DNA of 64,000 nucleotides from Candidatus Limnocylindria bacterium (GTDB lineage: Bacteria; Chloroflexota; Limnocylindria; P2-11E), in NCBI GenBank assembly GCA_046262615.1, contig JBHEML010000005.1:263-64262 (forward strand), read 5' to 3'. Shown here piece after piece: positions 57,458 to 64,000 of this stretch (the stretch's first letter is position 1; each line of letters starts with the position of its first letter). A model generated the notes under the pieces. The model saw nothing but the letters and a program-made list of their open reading frames with translations. It was not told the origin of the DNA and did not search any database. The position numbers were made by a program, and so were the translations under genes.

Positions 57458-58402
57458 ATGGCCCTTCGGCGGCGTGGCGGGGCGGGCAGGACCGGCTCAG
57501 CGAGCGTCCGCGGCGTTCTCGTGGCGGCGTTGGTGCTCGCGACGTCACTCGGAGCCGCCGTCGCGTGGCGTGCGATGCAGGCGCCGACCAGCTCGCAGCT
57601 GGAGCGATCCGTGACTGACCAGGTCGCGGCGGCGGTCGAGCAGGTGGGCGACGCGATCGGGGGCGCGCTTCCGGATGCCCCGACCGTGTCGCTGCCGGGC
57701 GATCCGCCCGGGTACATCCGTGTGCGCCGGCCCGATGTGCCGCCCGGACCGCGCCGCGTCGGCATACAGGCCGGGCACTGGAAGACCCAGGAGGCGCCAT
57801 CCGCTCTTGGCCGCCTTCTGACGCAGACCGGGACGAGCTGGGATGGCGTCGATGAGTGGGAGGTGAACCTCGACATCGCCGAGCGCGTCGCCGTGCTTCT
57901 GCGAGATAAGGGCCTCGCGGTCGACGTGCTACCGACAACGGTCCCGCCGGGATACCTCGCGGACGCGTTCGTTTCGCTGCACGCCGACGGCGACGGCACC
58001 GGCGCGAAGAGTGGCTACAAGATCGCGCACAGCACGCGCCGAACGTCGTTCGAGGATCGGCTCGTCGCGGACCTGCGCGACGAGTACGAGTCCGCGACGG
58101 GTCTCGAGTTCGATGCGACCGGCATCACCCGGAACATGACCGGCTACTACGCGTTCGCCTGGAGCCGCGTCCGCTACGCGACCGCGCCTCACACGCCGTC
58201 CGCGATCGTCGAGATGGGGTTCCTCAGCAACGACAACGACCGCGCGCTCATGACCGAAGGTGCCGATCAGGTCGCCGCGGGTATCGCCAGCGGGATCCTG
58301 CGCTTCCTCGACGAGGTGCCGCAGCAGAAGCTGTTCGGCCAGGACCTGCTCCTACCGCCGACGCCCGCCCGTCCGGCGTCGCCTTCGCCGTCGGCTCCCT
58401 GA
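57458..58402 (+). CDS. N-acetylmuramoyl-L-alanine amidase (Amidase_3)
   Basis: GIQAGH, E..VNLDIA, FVSLHAD, IVEMGF Zn-binding/catalytic motifs; N-terminal TM. Confidence 0.88.
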   Translation: MALRRRGGAGRTGSASVRGVLVAALVLATSLGAAVAWRAMQAPTSSQLERSVTDQVAAAVEQVGDAIGGALPDAPTVSLPGDPPGYIRVRRPDVPPGPRRVGIQAGHWKTQEAPSALGRLLTQTGTSWDGVDEWEVNLDIAERVAVLLRDKGLAVDVLPTTVPPGYLADAFVSLHADGDGTGAKSGYKIAHSTRRTSFEDRLVADLRDEYESATGLEFDATGITRNMTGYYAFAWSRVRYATAPHTPSAIVEMGFLSNDNDRALMTEGADQVAAGIASGILRFLDEVPQQKLFGQDLLLPPTPARPASPSPSAP

Positions 58403-58438
58403 CTTCACGGGGAGACCGGTCGCCGGGCGCGGAAAAGC

Positions 58439-58498
58439 GTCGCAGCGGGCGCGGGACGGCGCAGGCTGGCGGGTCGCAGCGGGCGCGGGGACGGCGCA
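58439..58498. repeat. 25/26-bp direct repeat pair
   Basis: GTCGCAGCGGGCGCGGG(G)ACGGCGCA at 58439-58463 and 58473-58498. Confidence 0.8.
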
Positions 58499-58707
58499 TG
58501 CGGACCCGCGCGCTCCGGCACGGAGGCGGGCGGGTCGCTCGCTGCGCGTCCCTGGCGGGCCGCTCCGTCTCGCTCTGCCCCCGCCGCCTCCTCGCCGCGC
58601 GTGCTGCGGCGCGCGCGGAGTACGGATCGCGCGTGCCCTCCACCGCCGTCCCCGCGCTGCGTGTGCCCGCAGTCCCGGACGCGCATCCAGCGGCCTAGAG
58701 GAGGAGA

Positions 58708-58978
58708 TAGGTGACTCGGCCCGCCGCTCCTTCGGCCTTCCCTGAGCGTCGCCTTTCCGGCTGTGGCGTCAGCGACGCAACCGCATGCCGATCACGATCG
58801 GCCGATGGAGAGCCTCCCGGTATCCTCCTCCGCGCGGAGACCGCTTGTTGAGGGCTGGAGGACTCGCTGCCCGGGCAAAGCCGTGCTCGCTCGTCAGCGG
58901 CAACCTTCCCGGCGCGGCGTCGGCTTTAGAGACGCGCCCGACGCGGCCGTCGCGGTAGTCCGGGCCACCAGTCACCTA
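58708..58978. ncRNA. Candidate structured non-coding RNA or MITE, family unknown
   Basis: Ends pair (TAGGTGACT/AGTCACCTA plus GGCCCG/CGGGCC); several internal hairpins; no credible ORF. Confidence 0.45.
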
Positions 58979-59001
58979 GCAAGGAGTAACGTCGCAGCGC
59001 C

Positions 59002-59508
59002 GTGACGCACCCGCTGGTCGACCAGCTGCGGTTCACTCGCAGCGAGTGGCTGCGCGGGTTCGCGGGCGTGAGCGAGGAAGACGGGTCGCGGCACTTCGCG
59101 CGCATGAACTGCATCAGCTGGAACGTCGGGCATCTCGCCTGGCAGGAGCAGCGGTACTGGCTGCACCGTGCCCAGGGGCGACTGCCGTTCCCGCAGCTGG
59201 TGGAGATGTACGCATCCGGAGCGCCGATGAGCACTCCATCCCTTCGGGAGATGCTGGATATCTGGAAGCGCGTCACGGCAGACGCCGATCTGTACCTCGT
59301 CACGTGCACCACTGAGTCGCTGCAGGCCGAGCTGCTTATCGACGGTAAGGCCGTGGGGCAGACGGTCGGCTCGGGCATGCGCCGGATGACCTATCACTAC
59401 TGGTACCACATCGGCGAGATCCAGGCGATCCGGCAGATGCTCGGCCAGGGCGATCTGCCCGAGTACGTGGGCGAGATCGAGCTCGAGGCAACGTACCGGC
59501 CAGAGTGA
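59002..59508 (+). CDS. DinB family protein
   Basis: NCISWNVGHLAWQE, YHYWYHIGEI (His triad). Confidence 0.88.
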   Translation: MTHPLVDQLRFTRSEWLRGFAGVSEEDGSRHFARMNCISWNVGHLAWQEQRYWLHRAQGRLPFPQLVEMYASGAPMSTPSLREMLDIWKRVTADADLYLVTCTTESLQAELLIDGKAVGQTVGSGMRRMTYHYWYHIGEIQAIRQMLGQGDLPEYVGEIELEATYRPE

Positions 59509-59602
59509 GCCGGCGGGACATGCCGCCGCGAGGCGCTCGTTGCCGTGGGTGTGGAACGTTGGTCGTCTGCGCATCTGACCGCGTATCGGTAGTCTCGCTC
59601 GC

Positions 59603-60544
59603 ATGGAATTCGGCATCCAGATCGAGCCGCAGTTCGGCTTCTCGTTCGACGAGGTCCGGGAGGTCGCGCGGGACGCGGAGACGCTGGGGCTGCACGCGGT
59701 CTGGGTGTCGGACCACCTCTTCCTGAACAAGGAGGCGGAGAAGACCAATTGTCTCGAGGCGTGGACGCTCCTCGCGGCGCTTGCGCAGACGACGACGCGG
59801 ATCCGGCTCGGCACGCTCGTCACGTGCCAGTCGTATCGCAACCCGGCGCTTCTCGCCAAGATCGCCGCCGGCGTCGACCACATGTCGGGCGGCCGCTTGG
59901 AGTTCGGCATCGGCGCCGGCTGGAAAGAACTCGAGTACCGCGCGTACGGCTACGACTTCCCGCCGCCGGCCGTTCGCCTGCGGCAGCTGACCGAGTCGAT
60001 CGAGATCTGCCGCCGCATGTGGACCGAGGACCGACCCAGCTATCGCGGCCGACACTACGCGATCGACGGCGCGTTCTGCGCGCCCAAACCTGCGCAGCGT
60101 CCGCATCCCCGGATCTGGGTGGCCGGCGCGAAGCCACGCATGCTGCGCATCGTGGCGCGGTACGCGGACGCCGTGAACATCGGCGACTTTCCATCGGCGC
60201 AGGCGTATGCCGCGGCGATGACGGAGCTGGAGCGCGCGTGCGCGGAGATCGGGCGCGATCCCACGCGCATCATGCGCAGTCACTTCGGGGGCGTCGTGCT
60301 CGGCGCGACGCAGGCCGACCTCGACCGCATCGTCGGCACCCTCGCGGGGGCGGCGGGAATGAGCGCCGATCGCTGGCTGGCCGCGCGGCAGCGCTCGATC
60401 ATCGGGACGCCGGAGATGGTCATCGGCCGCATGCGTGAGTACGCGGCGCTTGGCGTGCGGTACTGGGCGATGGTGTTCCCCTACGGCCACGAGCGGGAGA
60501 TGCTTTCGGTCTTCGCTGACAAGGTGATGCCCGCGCTGTCCTGA
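59603..60544 (+). CDS. LLM-class F420-dependent oxidoreductase
   Basis: WVSDHL, EAWTLLAALA, RLGTLVT..YRNPALLAK, SGGRLEFGIGAGW. Confidence 0.92.
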   Translation: MEFGIQIEPQFGFSFDEVREVARDAETLGLHAVWVSDHLFLNKEAEKTNCLEAWTLLAALAQTTTRIRLGTLVTCQSYRNPALLAKIAAGVDHMSGGRLEFGIGAGWKELEYRAYGYDFPPPAVRLRQLTESIEICRRMWTEDRPSYRGRHYAIDGAFCAPKPAQRPHPRIWVAGAKPRMLRIVARYADAVNIGDFPSAQAYAAAMTELERACAEIGRDPTRIMRSHFGGVVLGATQADLDRIVGTLAGAAGMSADRWLAARQRSIIGTPEMVIGRMREYAALGVRYWAMVFPYGHEREMLSVFADKVMPALS

Positions 60545-60603
60545 GCGAGTTCGCGGCCACCACCGGAAGGCTTCCTGTCGCGACGCCGGGCGGCTATCTC
60601 TCG

Positions 60604-61662
60604 CTATGCCGGCGCGGTCGCGCGGGCGCGCATGAGCGCCTCGATCTTCCTGGGGTAGCCCTTCATCAGGGAGCGCAGCATCACCGGCAGCAGTGCGGCA
60701 TCCTTCAGCCGTCCGACGGCACCCGGCGGCCGGTCCCAGATCATGCGCATCTCGAGCCTGGTCCGCTCGGGGCCGTCCTCGGTAAGCCGCGTGGTCTGAA
60801 AGACCGGGGCAAGGAGGAAGAACTCGATCGTCATCTCGTGCGGTTCTTCGCTGCCGACAACGCGGAATACGGTCTTCGCGTCCTTGCCATGGTGGCAGTG
60901 GAACTCGCCGCCCAGCAGCGTGCCCCGCGCGCCGGGTTTCAGCTCGACGTTGCGCACGCCCATCCACTGCCGGCGAAGGTCAGGATCGGCGAGCGCATGC
61001 CACGCGACGGCGATCGGCAGCTGGATGGTGGAATCGAGTGTGAGTCGCGATTCATCCCGGCTGACGGTCGTGCGCTGCGCCGTTCGTGCGCGTTCGCGTA
61101 GCGGCGCGAGGTCGTGATAACCACCTTCGACCCGGCCAAGATGGTCGTATTCCTCGGAGTGCCGCTCGAACTGGGCGCGCAGCGGCTCGGGCCACCGCTC
61201 CATGAGCGCGTCGGTGGCGAAGATGTACTCGTGCGACGGCACATGGTTCTTGAGCAGCCGGTGCACGAGGTTCACGGGGGTTCCGACGAGCTGATCGACC
61301 TTGCCCACGCGATGCCACGAGTACGGTCCCCGGTGCGCGACGAACTTCAGCGTGAGCCCGCCCGCGGTCGTGCACGCGCGGCAGGGACACGTGCTCACCG
61401 TCTCGATGTCCCGCAGTCGCCGGTGGAAGCGGACGAACGCGTCCTCGATCCAGTCGACGAGGTCCCCGTCCGCGCGGTCCCCGACGAAGCAGACGGCATC
61501 GCCCTCGATCTGGGCCACCGTCAGGCGGTTGTCGAACGCGCCGATGATCGCCTCGAGCAGCTCGCTGAGGATCTCCCGCGAGTGGTCGAGCTCCGTGTCG
61601 GCGATGAACGCCGTGTACCCGGAGATGTCCGCGATCACGAGCGGGCCATCGCGAGTCGCCAT
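60604..61662 (-). CDS. DUF2652-like (cyclase-like fold) protein fused to an SRPBCC/START domain
   Basis: IADISGYT, IEGDAV, CPCRAC, LKFVAH.G, VHRLLKN; C-terminal AW..LADP..RRQW..HCHHG. Confidence 0.8.
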   Translation of the reverse strand: MATRDGPLVIADISGYTAFIADTELDHSREILSELLEAIIGAFDNRLTVAQIEGDAVCFVGDRADGDLVDWIEDAFVRFHRRLRDIETVSTCPCRACTTAGGLTLKFVAHRGPYSWHRVGKVDQLVGTPVNLVHRLLKNHVPSHEYIFATDALMERWPEPLRAQFERHSEEYDHLGRVEGGYHDLAPLRERARTAQRTTVSRDESRLTLDSTIQLPIAVAWHALADPDLRRQWMGVRNVELKPGARGTLLGGEFHCHHGKDAKTVFRVVGSEEPHEMTIEFFLLAPVFQTTRLTEDGPERTRLEMRMIWDRPPGAVGRLKDAALLPVMLRSLMKGYPRKIEALMRARATAPA

Positions 61663-61670
61663 TCCCCGAA

Positions 61671-63635
61671 TTATCCCGCGGCGTGCCTCTCGACCGTTAC
61701 CTCCACCGGTTCAGGCGCGAGCCACTCGCGGAACGCGTCGAAGCCGTACGGGCGGCCGAGAAAATCGTGCACCAGCTCGGCGGCCGGCTTGGAGCCTCCG
61801 GGCGCCAGGATCAGGTCGCGGTACCGCCGGGCCTGCGTGGTGTCGAGGAGTCCGTTAGTGAACGCGCTGTGCAGATCCTTGGCGATGACCAGCGACCACA
61901 TATACGTGTAGTACAGGGCCGTGTAGCCCTCCAGGTGCCCGAAGCTCGCCTCGAACGCTGTGTCGGGAGGCGGTTCCGCCGGCAGGTACTCGCGCGCGAG
62001 CTCGTATGCCAGGCGGGTCGAGTCGATGTCCCGTGGATCGCGGTCGTGGAGCTGGAGCGCCACCGCAGACAGCCAAAGCTGGCGCTGGACGAATGTCGCC
62101 CTGCCGAAGGCGCGCGCGGCCCGTAGCCGCGCGACGAGCGCCTCAGGGATGACCTCGCCCGTCTCGACGTGGCGCGCGAAGCGGCGCAGCACGCCGAGGT
62201 CGGAGACCCACTCCTCCAGGAACTGGGAGGGAGCCTCGATGAAGTCCCACTCGTTGGGGCGGACGACCCGCATCCACGGGATGTCGCCGGTGACGACGCC
62301 GTGGACCAGGTGGCCGAACTCGTGGAAGAAGGTCTCCACCTCCGAGTGCTGCATCAGTGCGGGACCGGCCTGCGAATTTGGATCCGTGAAGTTGCACACG
62401 AGCACGACATGCGGCTCTTGCCTGCCACCCACGCCGTATCGCAGCGTGAAGCAGGCGGCGTGTTTGAACTTGCCATCCCGCGGATGCATGTCGAGCGAGA
62501 TGAGTCCCATCGGCCGGCCGTCGACGGCGACCTCAAATGTCTCGACCGAGGGATGCCAGAGCTTCATCTCGACGGGCGTGAAGGTCAGCGCGAAAAGCTC
62601 GCCGAAGAGGTCCAGCACCGCCTGCCGCACCGCGCCGTATTCGAAGTACGGGCGCAGCTCGCGGCTGTCGAAGCGGTACCGCTCGTTCTTCACGCGTTCG
62701 GTGTAGTAGGGCAGGTCCCAGAGGCCGAGCTTCCCATCGACACCCGGCTCCTCGGCGCCTTTCGCCGCCAGGAGGTCCTGCACCTCCGTCTTGGCGCTCT
62801 CGAGCGTCGCTGCGCGCGCCTGCTCGATGAACTGGCGAATCTCGCCCGCCGAGCCCGTCATCTTGTCCTCGGAGATGTAGTCGGCCCAGGTCGCGTGGCC
62901 GAGCAGGCGGGCGAGCTCGTGGCGCTTGGCGAGCATCTGCCTCAGCACCTCGACGTTGCGTGGGACCGCCCTCCGGTAGTTGACGGTCATCAGCTCCCTG
63001 CGCGCCGCGCCGTCCCGCGCGTAGGTCATGAACGGGATGTAGTCCGGGTAATTGGTGGTGATGCGCACCCTGCCGTCGGATCCGGCCGGGTGGGCTGCGA
63101 TGAAATCGTCGGGAAGTCCGGTGAGCGCTTCAGGTGCCAACGCCACCTCGCGCACGTCGTCGCGGATGTTGCGCGCGAATTCCTGCTCGATGACGACGAG
63201 CTCGTCCCGCAGGCGCCGGACCCTCTCGCGATCGGCGTCGGCGATCTCGACGCCGGCCCTCCTCATGTCGCGTCTCTCGAGCCCGACGACGCGGCGCGCG
63301 ACGGGGTCGAGCGTCGCCTGGTCTAGCGCGCCCAGGGCGTCGTACAGCGCGCGGTCCTGGTCGAGCATCGTGCGCAGCTGAGCGATGTCGCGCACCACCG
63401 CTTCAGCGGATTCCCGGACGGCGGCGTCGGGATGCACCTCGGCCACGAGGCTCGATTCGCTGGCCGCGTTCGCGAGCTCGATCGACAGGTCGTTCAACGG
63501 TTCGAGCACGCTTTCGCGCGAGGCGCGGCCCGCTGCGGCATGGATGCGGTCGAGGTGGCCCCGGGCAGCGGCGATCGCATCTCGGCCGCGCTGGGTCAAC
63601 CGCTCGGCCTCAAGCGTGTCGCTGGTGATCGGCAT
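61671..63635 (-). CDS. M3 family oligopeptidase (thimet-like)
   Basis: LDMHPRDGK, FFHEFGHLVH, DFIEAPSQ, FGHL.GY..YYTYMWS. Confidence 0.93.
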   Translation of the reverse strand: MPITSDTLEAERLTQRGRDAIAAARGHLDRIHAAAGRASRESVLEPLNDLSIELANAASESSLVAEVHPDAAVRESAEAVVRDIAQLRTMLDQDRALYDALGALDQATLDPVARRVVGLERRDMRRAGVEIADADRERVRRLRDELVVIEQEFARNIRDDVREVALAPEALTGLPDDFIAAHPAGSDGRVRITTNYPDYIPFMTYARDGAARRELMTVNYRRAVPRNVEVLRQMLAKRHELARLLGHATWADYISEDKMTGSAGEIRQFIEQARAATLESAKTEVQDLLAAKGAEEPGVDGKLGLWDLPYYTERVKNERYRFDSRELRPYFEYGAVRQAVLDLFGELFALTFTPVEMKLWHPSVETFEVAVDGRPMGLISLDMHPRDGKFKHAACFTLRYGVGGRQEPHVVLVCNFTDPNSQAGPALMQHSEVETFFHEFGHLVHGVVTGDIPWMRVVRPNEWDFIEAPSQFLEEWVSDLGVLRRFARHVETGEVIPEALVARLRAARAFGRATFVQRQLWLSAVALQLHDRDPRDIDSTRLAYELAREYLPAEPPPDTAFEASFGHLEGYTALYYTYMWSLVIAKDLHSAFTNGLLDTTQARRYRDLILAPGGSKPAAELVHDFLGRPYGFDAFREWLAPEPVEVTVERHAAG

Positions 63636-63883
63636 CGGTCCTCATCCCCCACGTCACGATGGTCGTCACCGGAGGATAGGGCTGCCGCCCGAGTCCCCCG
63701 ACCGGGGAGATCGGGCGACGGCGGCGCGCCCGTCGGCCAGGCGCGCGCAGGGCCGCGCGAGGATGCCCCGCACCGGTCACATGACGCGCCGTCATTCGAG
63801 GGTCCGCGGCGTGCCCCCGACCTCGGTGGCAAGCCCCTGCCGTATCGCCTAGCGTCATGCAGAGCAGGCCCCTGTGGCCCACA

Positions 63884-64000
63884 GTGAACATCTCCGTGAA
63901 ACCCCTCCGCCCATTCGCCGTGCTCGCCCTCGTCCTGGCCGTTGTCCTGTCCGGGGCAGCGCCCGCGCGCGCCGAGGACCCAAAGCTGCCGGCCGTCCCC
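63884..64000 (+). CDS. 5' end of a secreted protein (runs off the window)
   Basis: VKPLRPFAVLALVLAVVLSGAAPARA-ED signal peptide with AxA cleavage site; start 63857, 63884 or 63896. Confidence 0.6.
   Translation, partial: MNISVKPLRPFAVLALVLAVVLSGAAPARAEDPKLPAVP

Noticed and set aside
58708-58978. Assignment as RNase P, SRP, tmRNA, group I intron, raiA, or glycine/lysine/cobalamin riboswitch
   Set aside because: Only isolated short motifs match; hallmark sequences (e.g. GAGGAAAGTCC, SRP helix 8, paired P7) are missing or out of order

Overview
Gene-dense, very GC-rich bacterial chromosomal segment. F420-dependent enzymes, a cyclase-STAND-TPR protein, an AddAB pair and many leaderless genes suggest a soil Chloroflexota/Actinomycetota-like lineage; this is inference only. 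I see no rRNA, tRNA, CRISPR array, transposase, integrase or phage genes. Housekeeping content includes sbcC (plus a probable sbcD tail), addAB-like helicase/nuclease, msrA, pfkA, hutUH, aroF, a dUTPase-like gene, a TAXI-TRAP transporter, an OmpR/histidine kinase pair and an M3 peptidase. The most notable items are: (1) a ~270-nt non-coding element at 58708-58978 closed by a terminal stem, with several internal hairpins and a weak resemblance to HEARO/omegaRNA motifs but no adjacent nuclease, making it a candidate unannotated large ncRNA or MITE; (2) a SAM-I riboswitch with terminator controlling a ThrC-like enzyme and a C-terminal-GG sulfur carrier, probably a carrier-dependent homocysteine route; (3) a six-gene epimerase/DUF2064/GT2/PLP/GT-C/molybdo-oxidoreductase operon behind a perfect Pho-box-like repeat, with a frameshifted last gene; (4) a GT4-GH130-six-hairpin-like sugar module; (5) widespread leaderless promoter architecture, including a 19-bp hutH/aroF spacer. 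All calls come from motif recognition by eye; no searches were run.
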